A program made the translations under genes and the position numbers. Below are positions 17,288 through 26,953 of a stretch of 64,000 bases of DNA, piece by piece. Source of the DNA: an uncultured Candidatus Saccharibacteria bacterium (GTDB lineage Bacteria; Patescibacteriota; Doudnabacteria; UBA920). Numbering within the stretch: the stretch's first letter is position 1; each line of letters starts with the position of its first letter. The notes under the pieces are model-generated. The model saw only the letters and a program-made list of their open reading frames with translations. It was not told where the DNA came from and ran no database searches. The stretch is taken from the NCBI GenBank assembly GCA_964594755.1, contig CAZQMO010000004.1, positions 4,311 through 68,310 of the forward strand, written 5' to 3'.

Positions 17288-18364
17288 TTATACGTTGAAT
17301 AGGAAATGAACGACATCACCATCTTGAACTATATACTCTTTACCTTCAGTGCGGAGCCAACCTTTGGCACGCGCGTTGGCATACGAACCAGCTTCTAAAA
17401 GCTTGTCCCAAGCAATGGTCTCTGCGCGGATGAAGCCGTGTTCAAAATCTGTGTGAATTACCCCGGCAGCCTGCGGCGCTTTGGTGCCAGCCGGGCAAGT
17501 CCAAGCCTTGCTTTCTTTTGGACCGGCAGTAATGAATGTGATCAATCCCAAAGTTTTGTACGCAGAAGTAATAATTCGATCCAAACCACTTTCTTTCATA
17601 CCGAGTTCTTCCATGTATTGCGCGCGGTCTGCGTCTTCCAGTTCAGCGAGCTCGCTTTCTAGCTTGGCATCGACTACAATCGCGTTTTCCGGCAGGGAAG
17701 CAGGCACATTCTCGAACTGATGTGTGTTCATATCAAAGGTAGAATTGAACGCGTACAAAAATGGCTTAGTAGTAAGTAGCTGGACTTCCTTGGCTGCTTC
17801 TTTTTCTTCTTCATTCAAAGTTACTGTGTTGGCCATTTTGCCATCTTCTAAAGTAGCTTTGTAGCGTTCTAAAACTCCTTGGCGAATTTTAGCCAAGCGA
17901 TCACCGGATTTTACTTGCTTGGCATTTGATTCAATACGTTTGTCTACGTTAGCTAAATCAGCCAATTGTAGTTCGATGGCAATTGTTGCCATATCGCGGT
18001 CAGCATCAACGCTGCCAGCGACATGAATAATATCATTGTTGTTAAACACTCGAGTTACTTCCATAATGGCGTCTACTTCGCGGATGTGAGACAAGAACTG
18101 ATTGCCCAAGCCTTCGCCTTTATGGGCGCCGGACACTAGGCCAGCGATATCCACAAACTCTATAGTAGTAGGAACAATCTTTTCGCTTTTTTCCTGAGCT
18201 GCCAGTTTAGCCAAGCGTTCGTCGGGCACGGCAACAACACCGACGTTTGGGTCGATTGTGGCAAAAGGATAGTTCGCAGCTTCAACCTGCGATTTAGTGA
18301 TGGCGTTAAATAAAGTGGACTTACCAACGTTTGGCAGCCCAACGATTCCGATTTGAAAGCTCAT
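17288..18364 (-). CDS. ychF: ribosome-binding ATPase YchF (Obg-family GTPase)
   Basis: GIVGLPNVGKSTLFNA G1 motif, DIAGLV, NNDIIHV, C-terminal TGS domain. Confidence 0.85.
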   Translation of the reverse strand: MSFQIGIVGLPNVGKSTLFNAITKSQVEAANYPFATIDPNVGVVAVPDERLAKLAAQEKSEKIVPTTIEFVDIAGLVSGAHKGEGLGNQFLSHIREVDAIMEVTRVFNNNDIIHVAGSVDADRDMATIAIELQLADLANVDKRIESNAKQVKSGDRLAKIRQGVLERYKATLEDGKMANTVTLNEEEKEAAKEVQLLTTKPFLYAFNSTFDMNTHQFENVPASLPENAIVVDAKLESELAELEDADRAQYMEELGMKESGLDRIITSAYKTLGLITFITAGPKESKAWTCPAGTKAPQAAGVIHTDFEHGFIRAETIAWDKLLEAGSYANARAKGWLRTEGKEYIVQDGDVVHFLFNV

Positions 18365-18452
18365 AACTAAGGTATTGTGCCTGAAAAGGGGCGACTTGTC
18401 TAATAAGTATGGTATTCTAAAGATGACAGAATAAGCTATAGGAGGTTACTTT

Positions 18453-18554
18453 GTGAAGAAATTTTGGCGTACACGCCATCAGCCCACAACTTTTTATCGA
18501 ACTGCGCCTCGTTGTTTTGTGCCTGTCTGGATGCGTCGATACAAACGCCGTTGT
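18453..18554 (+). CDS. candidate 33-aa highly basic small peptide (GTG start)
   Basis: taggaggt SD 7 nt before the GTG; VKKFWRTRHQPTTFYRTAPRCFVPVWMRRYKRRC. Not in the ORF track (<60 aa); identity unknown. Confidence 0.25.
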
Positions 18555-18702
18555 TGAGTTATTATTGAAGCGTCCTCATTACATTCTGGGGGCGCTTTAA
18601 TTTTCAGTAGTTGACAGAAATTAAGAAAATACTTATACTGACAATTACAGTCTTGCGGTTCCTATGGATAGGCTGAATACAATTTGAAGGAGAACACTTA
18701 GT

Positions 18703-18993
18703 ATGCAATCTGCTACTGCTCGAATGGTCTCGGGCAAAGATAACTCGATCACTCTCTCTCACCTAACGCCGAAAGAGCGCGCTCCGTTTTTCAAAGAAAT
18801 CCGCGCTAATTGCTGCCCGGAACTCAAAGATGCTGACGTTCAACAAGCGTTCGAAAAGGTCTTCAATGCCCAGAACTTTACGATTACCCCGCAAGGCGAA
18901 GGTCGTGTGACGTTCTCGGCTCGGCTCGACTTACCCCGGCTCAATGATCCAGTTTTGGTAACGTCCCGTGACTACCTGAAGCAGTTGTTTTAA
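18703..18993 (+). CDS. hypothetical protein (96 aa)
   Basis: TTGACA-17-TATACT promoter at 18611-18639, gaaggag SD, strong terminator at 19000-19040. Confidence 0.5.
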   Translation: MQSATARMVSGKDNSITLSHLTPKERAPFFKEIRANCCPELKDADVQQAFEKVFNAQNFTITPQGEGRVTFSARLDLPRLNDPVLVTSRDYLKQLF

Positions 18994-18999
18994 ACCCCA

Positions 19000-19040
19000 G
19001 CGGACAAGGAATTCCATCCTTGTCCGCTTTCGTTTTTTTA
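19000..19040 (+). terminator. rho-independent terminator
   Basis: gcggacaagg-aattccatc-cttgtccgc followed by tttcgttttttt. Confidence 0.75.
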
Positions 19041-19081
19041 AGATTACTATTTGATATAATATAAGAAAGTCTGGAGGGACA

Positions 19082-19426
19082 ATGACACAAATTAGTTCAG
19101 CACCTTATATCTATGTAAAAGAGGTTTGGTCGGAGCATTCGACTGAATTCTATGAACAGGAAGCGCATTGGTTACTGACTAACTTGGCGGGAAGATTGCG
19201 TAAACAATCTTTTCGTACAAGTCAGGATTTAGTTTTAAGCGTTGTGGAATATCTATTCTCCACAGATTGGTTTCGTTCGGTGCGCAGGGGTCGTAGCGAA
19301 GCAATTATTTTGGAGCGCAAACGCGGACAAATCTTTTTTGTGATCAGGATGCAGGACATCCCTGCAATTAGAACTTGGGCTAATCGTCGGCATCAAAACC
19401 GGCGACACCTAAGGAGAAGCGTGTGA
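19082..19426 (+). CDS. hypothetical protein (114 aa, basic C-terminus)
   Basis: tataat box then ggaggg SD; no family recognised. Confidence 0.5.
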   Translation: MTQISSAPYIYVKEVWSEHSTEFYEQEAHWLLTNLAGRLRKQSFRTSQDLVLSVVEYLFSTDWFRSVRRGRSEAIILERKRGQIFFVIRMQDIPAIRTWANRRHQNRRHLRRSV

Positions 19427-19468
19427 AAACGCGCTTTTTTATCCCAAAATTTTTGGTACACTTATAAC

Positions 19469-20263
19469 ATGAAAATTACAAACCTCAACAAAATTGGAAA
19501 GAAAAAGTTAATAGTTTTTGATTTGGACGATACTTTGGCAGAATCCAAAATTCCCATGGATCAGGAAATGGCAGGGTTGGTGGAAGAACTTATTGCCAAC
19601 AAAAAAATGGCTGTCATTGGTGGGGGAAAGTATGAGCTATTTAAATGGCAATTTTTAGCTTCGTTAAAAACCAGAAGTAAGATTCTTGAAAATTTGTTTT
19701 TATTTCCGACTTCAGGTAACGCATTTTATCTATATAGATCTGGTTGGAAAAAAGTTTATGCGCACAATTTAAGTGCTGCTGAAAAAAAACAGATTCGCCA
19801 AGCATTTGAAGAGGTCTTTAAAGATATCAGCTACAAACATCCTAAAAAAGTTTACGGCGAAATTTTAGAGGACCGTATCACACAGATGAGCTTTTCTCCG
19901 TTAGGACAAGACATTACCACAGTTCTGGGACGCAAAGGTGTACAAAAGAAAAAAGAGTGGCGAGCTAAATATGATCACGTTCGGTTAGATATAGCCAAGC
20001 GTTTAGCTAAGTATTTACCAAATTTAGAAGTTCGATTTGGTGGTATTACCACTATTGATATCACCATGAAAGGCCGAGATAAGGCGTATGGTGTAAGACA
20101 AATGGAAAAGTACTTGAAGGTTAAGGTTAAAGATATGGTGTATATTGGAGATGCAATTTTCCCAGGTGGTAATGACTATTCAGTTTTAAAGACAGGCATT
20201 GATTATATAAAAGTTACAGGTCCTGAAGACACTAAGAAAATAATCAGAAAAATTTTAGAATAA
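19469..20263 (+). CDS. HAD-superfamily hydrolase (IIB-like)
   Basis: FDLDDTL motif I with the catalytic Asp pair, K...GGGK, C-terminal GDAIFPGGNDY motif IV. Confidence 0.65.
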   Translation: MKITNLNKIGKKKLIVFDLDDTLAESKIPMDQEMAGLVEELIANKKMAVIGGGKYELFKWQFLASLKTRSKILENLFLFPTSGNAFYLYRSGWKKVYAHNLSAAEKKQIRQAFEEVFKDISYKHPKKVYGEILEDRITQMSFSPLGQDITTVLGRKGVQKKKEWRAKYDHVRLDIAKRLAKYLPNLEVRFGGITTIDITMKGRDKAYGVRQMEKYLKVKVKDMVYIGDAIFPGGNDYSVLKTGIDYIKVTGPEDTKKIIRKILE

Positions 20264-20267
20264 AAGA

Positions 20268-20288
20268 CCCCGGCTTTCGCCGGGGTTT
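20268..20288. terminator. bidirectional terminator
   Basis: accccggctttcgccggggt between convergent genes. Confidence 0.7.
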
Positions 20289-20293
20289 CTAAA

Positions 20294-21253
20294 TTACAGC
20301 AGGCCGATTTTTTGTTTAACTTCTTCCATGGTTTCGCTGGCAATTTTCCTAGCTTTATCCGCGCCGTCTTCTAGAATTTTATCCAGTTTCTTTTTATCTC
20401 CCAGAAGAGCAGTTTTTTTCTTGCGGAAATCTGCAAAATAATCAGAGATAGCTTTGGCAAGTTCAGTTTTTAAATCACTGTAACGGATGTCGCCAGACTT
20501 TTGTGCCGCAACAAACTGCTTGTGAGTGACTTCATCGCCAAAGTAGGAGAGTAAGTCTAATAAGTTTTGCGCTCCTTCTGGTGTAGTCACAGCTTTTTTG
20601 AGCTTTGCTTCTATTTCATTTGGTGAATCATCTATATATAATGGATCATCACCAGTTTTACTCATTTTCTTTTCTGGATTTTTGAGACTCATTATTCGAA
20701 GCGGTTTCTTTTCGAAAGGTTTTGGTTCTGGGAAAGTTTGGCCAAACTGGTTATTGAATTTGCGGGCTACAACGCGTGATAGTTCTATATGCTGTACTTG
20801 GTCTTCACCAACAGGCACAAAGTTTGGTTTGTAGAGTAAGATGTCTGCGGCCATCAGAGTAGGGTAGGTGAGTAGACCTGCGTTTACAGAATCTTTTTGA
20901 CTACGACCCTTGTCTTTATACTGAGTCATTCTTTCTAGTTCACCAACCGGAGTCAAGCAGTTAAATATCCAAGCTAATTCGGCGTGTTCCAAAACATGAT
21001 TTTGAATAAAGATGACGGATTTTTTAGGGTCTAACCCTGCGGCAATATATTCGGCTACGACTTCTAAAGTATCTTGGCGGAGCTGTTTTGGATCTCGAGG
21101 GACAGTTAGAGAGTGCAAATCAGCTACAAAAAAATAGCATTGTAATTTGCCTTCATTTTGAATGTCTATAAATTGTTTTAACGCACCTAAGTAGTTGCCA
21201 ATATGCATGCGGCCAGTGGCCTGCACGCCGGAGAGAATCGTCTCTTTTTTCAT
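20294..21253 (-). CDS. trpS: tryptophanyl-tRNA synthetase
   Basis: SGVQATGRMHIGNYLG (HIGH-type) and KMSKT motif; ~320 aa class I TrpRS. Confidence 0.85.
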   Translation of the reverse strand: MKKETILSGVQATGRMHIGNYLGALKQFIDIQNEGKLQCYFFVADLHSLTVPRDPKQLRQDTLEVVAEYIAAGLDPKKSVIFIQNHVLEHAELAWIFNCLTPVGELERMTQYKDKGRSQKDSVNAGLLTYPTLMAADILLYKPNFVPVGEDQVQHIELSRVVARKFNNQFGQTFPEPKPFEKKPLRIMSLKNPEKKMSKTGDDPLYIDDSPNEIEAKLKKAVTTPEGAQNLLDLLSYFGDEVTHKQFVAAQKSGDIRYSDLKTELAKAISDYFADFRKKKTALLGDKKKLDKILEDGADKARKIASETMEEVKQKIGLL

Positions 21254-21340
21254 AGAATCATTATACTAAAAAACTGTGTAATTGCCGAGCCTTGACTCTG
21301 AGGTGTATAATTGGTATAGTTTGTAGTTCAGAATAAAATC

Positions 21341-21769
21341 GTGGAGGAGCTAATGAACCAAGCAATACAGAAGATAGTTGACACAGAGGCGCTTGCTATT
21401 GAAATTCTGCTTCGTGCGGAAAAAGTTGACCCCTCTCCCATGGGATGCGACCAGCAGCGCTATCATCAGAGCTTGCTCAACCAGCTGAAGCTTAAGCGGG
21501 CAAAATTGATTTTCGGGCGTATGGAGCAAGAACGAGATTCTGACCGAGAGTTTGCCAAAGCTCACGGTCAACAGCGCCTTCATTCCGTGCAGGAATTTCC
21601 TGTCGGACCCAAAGATCGCAAAGTAGTCCGTGCGGCCGTTGAGAGTATCAACGAGGATGTAGACCGAATCAAGTTTTGGCTCAACACCGAACCAAGCCTA
21701 CAAGGCAAGGAAGGTGATGAGCTAATCAATTCCGCCGTGGAATTTTTCCATAATCAGAGAGCGAAGTAG
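21341..21769 (+). CDS. hypothetical protein (142 aa), GC-elevated
   Basis: ORF with ggagg SD; local GC ~50% vs ~40% flanks. Confidence 0.45.
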   Translation: MEELMNQAIQKIVDTEALAIEILLRAEKVDPSPMGCDQQRYHQSLLNQLKLKRAKLIFGRMEQERDSDREFAKAHGQQRLHSVQEFPVGPKDRKVVRAAVESINEDVDRIKFWLNTEPSLQGKEGDELINSAVEFFHNQRAK

Positions 21770-21777
21770 GAGGTTAT

Positions 21778-21975
21778 ATGGCGACTAACAAGTGCCCGCA
21801 GTGCGGCAAAGAGGATGTGCAGACCTACACGAATGGTTTGCTGGTATCTCACAAGCGCGATGATTTTAGCGACTGCCCTGGGTCGCTGAATCACCCGAAG
21901 GACCTTCCATTAAAGGAAGACGAAAGGGCTCCAGCCCGTTGGGTTCCGGGATTACATGCCCAGTTTAACCCTTAA
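21778..21975 (+). CDS. hypothetical small protein with CxxC pair (65 aa)
   Basis: gtaggaggttat SD immediately upstream; CPQCGK...SDCPGS; translationally coupled to the upstream ORF. Confidence 0.45.
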   Translation: MATNKCPQCGKEDVQTYTNGLLVSHKRDDFSDCPGSLNHPKDLPLKEDERAPARWVPGLHAQFNP

Positions 21976-21981
21976 CAAAAA

Positions 21982-22022
21982 AGCGGCCGAACGTTTAACG
22001 TTCGGACCGCTCTTTATTTTTT
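21982..22022. terminator. bidirectional terminator
   Basis: gcggccgaacg-ttta-acgttcggaccgc followed by a T-run. Confidence 0.75.
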
Positions 22023-23909
22023 TTATACTTCGATTACCACTGGGAGAATCATTGGACGACGCTGTGTCTTTTGGAACAAGTACTCGCCAATGTCGTCGCG
22101 AATCTTTTGGCGCAGATCAGCCCAGTTTGGCTCGCCAGTTTTGTGGCCGTTGCCTTCAATAATTTTGCGGATTTCATGCTTTACTTCGCGAACTAATTCG
22201 TCGTTGTTCTTCATATAGACGAAACCGCGAGACAAGATTTCCGGCTGATTAATCATTTTGTTGGTGTGACGGTCTAAGGTTGCAATAATCACGAACATAC
22301 CGTCTTGAGCCATAGCTTGGCGGTCGCGAATTACAACTTCGCCAACATCGCCGATACCAAGTCCGTCAACGAACACGTAACCAGAAGGTACTTTTTCGTT
22401 TAGGACTTTAGCTTCACCACGCTGATTGATTTCCATAATTGAACCGTTTTCCAAGAGGAAACAGTTTTCTTCTGGGATACCAATGCTTTGTGCGAGCTTA
22501 GCGTGAGCCGCAAGCATATGCAATTCACCGTGAATTGGTACAAAGAATTTTGGTCTAACTAGTTGCATCATCAGCTTAAGTTCTTCTTGCTGACCATGAC
22601 CACCGGTGTGAATGTCTAAGATTTTGTTATAGATAACGTTCGCACCAAGGCGAGTTAGGTTATCCAAAACAGTTACAATAGAACGTTCGTTACCAGGAAT
22701 TGTAGAAGCAGAAATCACTACTGTGTCACCCTTTTTGATTTTCACAAAACGGTGTTCACCGCGTGACATACGAGCTAATTGAGAAGATTCTTCGCCTTGG
22801 CCACCAGTTGAAAGCACTAAAATCTGCTTGTCTGGGTAGCGGCTGGCTTGCTCAGATTTGATAATAATCTTTGGTTGAATCTTAATGTAACCCATACTCA
22901 CCGCAGTTTCTAAAGTAGAAACAATACTGCGACCAGTTACGATAACTTTTCGGTCGTACTTGGCAGCTAAATCAAAAACTTGCTGAATACGGGCGATTAA
23001 GCTCGAGAAGCTAGTAAAGATAATGCGGCCTTTTGCATCTTGGAAGATGCGATCAATAGTGCGACCGATTTCGCGTTCGGATTGAGAATAACCAGGTTTA
23101 ATAGCGTTGGTTGAGTCGCTCATTAAAGCGAGCACACCTTGGCTACCATAGCTGGCGATTTTGTGGAATTCAGTTTGGACTTCGTTAACCGGAGTATGGT
23201 CAAATTTCCAGTCACCAGTGTGAATCACCTGCCCAATTGGAGTGTTGATAGACAAACCAACAGAATCAGGGATGTTGTGGTTAACCGCAAAGAAGCGGAC
23301 TTGAAATGCACCTGCAGGAACAGTGTCATCTAAGCCAACCACGTTGATTTTAGCGCGTCCGACAAGATTGAATTCTTCAAGACGCTTTTTAATCATGCTG
23401 GCAGACAACTTCATGGTATAGATTGGGGGATCACCAAGCTTGGCAAGCAAGTAGGGAATCGCACCAATGTGGTCCATGTGTCCGTGCGTTACGAACAAGC
23501 CACGAATATTCTTTTTCTTATCTTCCAAATACTTGGTTTCTGGAATGATGTAATCAATGCCAGGAGTGGTGTCGTCTGGGAAAGCAAATCCGGCATCAAC
23601 GATAATGATATCGTCACCGAATTCGTAAGCCATCATGTTAGCACCAACTTCTTCGAGTCCACCAAGTGGAATGACACGCAAAGTATTGCGGGACACAGTG
23701 TAAACACTGTTTGAACCAGAAGCTACGCGCTCCATAGGTGTGATTTTGCTCTCAGTCGGCATAATTGGTAAACCACGGCTGCGGCCACCTGGACGAGAGT
23801 TTCGTGCAGAGCTAGTTTTGCGAACAGGACGACCAGCTGGTTTGCTGGCAGGTGTACGACTTTTCGAACTCTGCGGAGTTGTTTTCTTTATCATAGTTTT
23901 CTTATGCAA
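22023..23909 (-). CDS. rnj: ribonuclease J (beta-CASP metallo-beta-lactamase RNase)
   Basis: IPLGGLEEVGANM, THGHMDHIGA, beta-CASP and C-terminal domain. Carries a 50-77 aa basic low-complexity N-terminal extension, or the true start is internal. Confidence 0.8.
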   Translation of the reverse strand: MHKKTMIKKTTPQSSKSRTPASKPAGRPVRKTSSARNSRPGGRSRGLPIMPTESKITPMERVASGSNSVYTVSRNTLRVIPLGGLEEVGANMMAYEFGDDIIIVDAGFAFPDDTTPGIDYIIPETKYLEDKKKNIRGLFVTHGHMDHIGAIPYLLAKLGDPPIYTMKLSASMIKKRLEEFNLVGRAKINVVGLDDTVPAGAFQVRFFAVNHNIPDSVGLSINTPIGQVIHTGDWKFDHTPVNEVQTEFHKIASYGSQGVLALMSDSTNAIKPGYSQSEREIGRTIDRIFQDAKGRIIFTSFSSLIARIQQVFDLAAKYDRKVIVTGRSIVSTLETAVSMGYIKIQPKIIIKSEQASRYPDKQILVLSTGGQGEESSQLARMSRGEHRFVKIKKGDTVVISASTIPGNERSIVTVLDNLTRLGANVIYNKILDIHTGGHGQQEELKLMMQLVRPKFFVPIHGELHMLAAHAKLAQSIGIPEENCFLLENGSIMEINQRGEAKVLNEKVPSGYVFVDGLGIGDVGEVVIRDRQAMAQDGMFVIIATLDRHTNKMINQPEILSRGFVYMKNNDELVREVKHEIRKIIEGNGHKTGEPNWADLRQKIRDDIGEYLFQKTQRRPMILPVVIEV

Positions 23910-24294
23910 AAGTTTCTGCTATGCGTATCACGCTTTGCGATTGCCCTAAAATAATTGATCGGCATCTGCAAGAAAGTTTGATCAGTGCATCCGGAATGAC
24001 GCGATTGCGTCAATAAAACAGAAACTGTTGCGTTAAATAATTTTGTGTCAGTTTAGAATCTAAGTTGGTAGAACACGTAGTTCACCAAATAAAAAATTGG
24101 GATTCTTGGGGAGTAGAGAAGTGGCTTCCGGGGCCGCCTTCTAGTACTCGTGCACTCGTAGTGCAATTAACACATGAATGATTACTTCTGAGAAATAACG
24201 ATTCATCTATCAATTGAACAAACTCATTATATCAGTGTATGGCTATTTTGTCAATGAAATTTGGCTAAAACTGGCTTGTTTATGGCAATTTTAA

Positions 24295-24381
24295 TGGTGC
24301 CGCGGGAGGGACTTGAACCCTCACGACCTTGCGGTCATACGCACCTGAAGCGTACGTGTATGCCAATTTCACCACCGCGGC
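24295..24381 (-). tRNA. tRNA-Leu (anticodon CAG), long variable arm
   Basis: Minus strand: GCCGCGG acceptor, TACGC-TTCAGGT-GCGTA anticodon arm, gaccgcaaggtcgt variable arm, GAGGG-TTCAAGT-CCCTC T-arm, CCA encoded. Confidence 0.8.
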
Positions 24382-24404
24382 TAGAGAAACAGTATGCTGT
24401 TTAG

Positions 24405-26051
24405 CTATTCAGTCTTCAATACTCGCTTGGTATCAATATACCAGTCGCGCAAGTTGTAATATCTTACGGTTTCATCAGGCATTTTATTTACCGAGAAGCC
24501 ATTGATTTCATTGTTGATGGCATAGGTGTAAACTGATTGGACTAAGAAAATCGCCGGTAAATCTTGCTTCATGATGTTATGAAGCTCTAAATACTTTGCA
24601 TCTCGCTCTTCCTTATCTGTAGAAGCGCGCGCTTCGCTAATAAGTTTGTCTACAGTTTGATTTGCATAACTCGATAAGTTTAGGCCAGGAGCTTTAGTTT
24701 GACTGGAGTGCCAAAATACAAATGGATCCGGGTCAGCACCAAGTTTATGAGCGAACAACAACATGTCGTAGTCGCGAGGTTTAATAATTTGTTCATTAAG
24801 ATCTTTGGTTGGCATCGTCACTAGTTCGATCTCTACACCTAAGTCACGCCACTGATCTTTAAGTATTTCGGCTGCACGGCGATTAACCCAATTTTCATTA
24901 GTTGCTAATTTATACTTAAGTTGCTGGTTACCTTTCTGGCGTACAGTGCCATTTTCTGGGTAGAACCAACCTGCTTGTTCTAGTAAAGTTTTAGCGGCTT
25001 CAAAATCTAGTGCTGCGTCATGAGCAGGTAAGTTATCAACTTGTTGGGAAAGTATTGGACTTTCGATTAACAAACCCTGGCCTTCAAACACTTCAGCTAA
25101 GATAGCGTCTTTATTAGTTGCCAGGTTAAGTGCTTGGCGAACTTTGGCTTCACCTAAACTTTTAATTGTGGTGTTAAAAAACAGTGCTTGGTATTGAGGT
25201 AGAGGAATCTGGTGGACATTGAGGTTTTTGGTTGATTTTTGGATGCTTACTCGGTTTTCAAATTGGTTGAACCCAAAACCATCGATTTGGTTACCGTGTA
25301 AAGCCTTTAACAAACTATCTGCATCTTCAAAGAAGACAATTTCTAGATTATCTAAATAGCTAGTTTTTGTATGAAAGCTGTTAAATGATTCGAGTAAAAT
25401 ACTTTGCACGCTACCATCAGTTAACTGCTCTACTTGCTTGATTTGATATGGGCCGTTTCCGATTGGTTGGATATTACCCTGGGAAAGGACAAATTCTTGT
25501 GGTGGGACCTTTTTCCAAATTACTTCACTAATGATGGGCAAAGTGAGGTTATTTAAGAATGGGCCTGAAGCGGCTTTTAAGGTAAATACTACAGTGCGTT
25601 CGTCTATGGCTTCAACTGTTGTAGATAGCCAATCGGCCCGGCGAGGACTATTATACTCAGGGTTTTGTAGAGTTTGGATGGTAAAAACTACATCACTGGC
25701 TGTGACTGGAACACCGTTATGCCATTGAGCTGACCTCAATTTTATTGTATAAGTTTTTTTATCTTCCGAGACTTCAGGAAAATTATCTGCTAAATCAGGG
25801 ATGACGTTACCATTTTCATCATAACGATATAATCCTGAGTAAATCAGGTTTACCAGAGCTCGATCAGTGCTACTAGTGGCATAGAGGGGATTGATGAATC
25901 GTGGTTCGCCGATTATCCCTTCCCGGTAAGTACCTCCTTCAGCTGGTACAACTGCAGTATAGGCTTGTAGGAAATTATTAGTAGTAAAGACGGAGCTCAC
26001 TAACGCTAACCCTAAGAGTATGATCCAAAATCTTTTTTCAGTTTTTCCCAT
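24405..26051 (-). CDS. ABC transporter substrate-binding protein, family 5 (oligopeptide/nickel binding, OppA-like)
   Basis: N-terminal signal/TM then SBP_bac_5 architecture; start taken at the internal MGKTEKRFWIILLGLALV. Confidence 0.7.
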   Translation of the reverse strand: MGKTEKRFWIILLGLALVSSVFTTNNFLQAYTAVVPAEGGTYREGIIGEPRFINPLYATSSTDRALVNLIYSGLYRYDENGNVIPDLADNFPEVSEDKKTYTIKLRSAQWHNGVPVTASDVVFTIQTLQNPEYNSPRRADWLSTTVEAIDERTVVFTLKAASGPFLNNLTLPIISEVIWKKVPPQEFVLSQGNIQPIGNGPYQIKQVEQLTDGSVQSILLESFNSFHTKTSYLDNLEIVFFEDADSLLKALHGNQIDGFGFNQFENRVSIQKSTKNLNVHQIPLPQYQALFFNTTIKSLGEAKVRQALNLATNKDAILAEVFEGQGLLIESPILSQQVDNLPAHDAALDFEAAKTLLEQAGWFYPENGTVRQKGNQQLKYKLATNENWVNRRAAEILKDQWRDLGVEIELVTMPTKDLNEQIIKPRDYDMLLFAHKLGADPDPFVFWHSSQTKAPGLNLSSYANQTVDKLISEARASTDKEERDAKYLELHNIMKQDLPAIFLVQSVYTYAINNEINGFSVNKMPDETVRYYNLRDWYIDTKRVLKTE

Positions 26052-26182
26052 TAATGAAAAAACTCTCCGCAACACGGAAAGTCGGATTTGAGGCAAGAGT
26101 CGCACTCCAGCGAGAATGCGTTTACTTTGCACAGAAAAATTGTTGCTAAATCCGTTCACTTGTTTTGGGTAACAATTTAGTA

Positions 26183-26410
26183 CTAACGGTTAAGTAGTAC
26201 GATTGTAAGACTGAGACCGGCGAACAATACAGCTAGAACGATTGTGGCATAGAATAACCACTTTTCACCACCACGGCGAGTTGTGATTACGCCTCCACCA
26301 CCAAAAATATTGGATAAACCTGAAGATTTGTTTTGCAGGGCAATACTGATAACCAAAAGCACCATTACTACCATATCAATGATTGTCAGAATATAAGCCA
26401 AATTTCTCAT
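26183..26410 (-). CDS. secG: preprotein translocase subunit SecG
   Basis: 75 aa, two TM helices, Gly-rich central loop (NIFGGGGV). Confidence 0.7.
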   Translation of the reverse strand: MRNLAYILTIIDMVVMVLLVISIALQNKSSGLSNIFGGGGVITTRRGGEKWLFYATIVLAVLFAGLSLTIVLLNR

Positions 26411-26518
26411 ATATTTTGTCTCAGCTAATTAAAAATTAAGCTAGGTTATTATAGTAATTCTAAGGTCTTGTGTCAATCTAGAGTTTGTTCTATAATGTTC
26501 TAATTGTAGGAGGAACTC

Positions 26519-26920
26519 ATGAAGAAGATTTGGAAATACTTGGTCAGTTTGCTTCCGGACAACTTAGTTATTGAACGATATTGTGAGGTGGGGTCAATCT
26601 ATGGGGATTTAGAAAGCTACTCTTACATTGGAGAGATTCCAGGTTTACAGAATTGGTTGGCGAAGTGGGTCTTTTGGGAAGAAGAAATTGTTAGGCGAGG
26701 ATACCGAGCAATTTCTCTGGACAATTTCATTCTGTACGGAGGAGGATATGTTGAAAATCTACCCAATGTACAGCTGCGGCTTTTAGGTGAAGAGCCTAAA
26801 TACCATGCCAGAATCCGGCAAGAACAGCTTGCCTTAGGTAAACCTGAGGGCGGTATGGTAAGGCAACACTCTGATGGTTCATTTACAGGATCGTATATAG
26901 TCCCTTCAACTGAAGAGTAA
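26519..26920 (+). CDS. hypothetical protein (133 aa)
   Basis: ggaggaact SD; no family recognised. Confidence 0.45.
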   Translation: MKKIWKYLVSLLPDNLVIERYCEVGSIYGDLESYSYIGEIPGLQNWLAKWVFWEEEIVRRGYRAISLDNFILYGGGYVENLPNVQLRLLGEEPKYHARIRQEQLALGKPEGGMVRQHSDGSFTGSYIVPSTEE

Positions 26921-26953
26921 CAACTAGTGCTATGGGTGTGTTGCTCGCTATCG

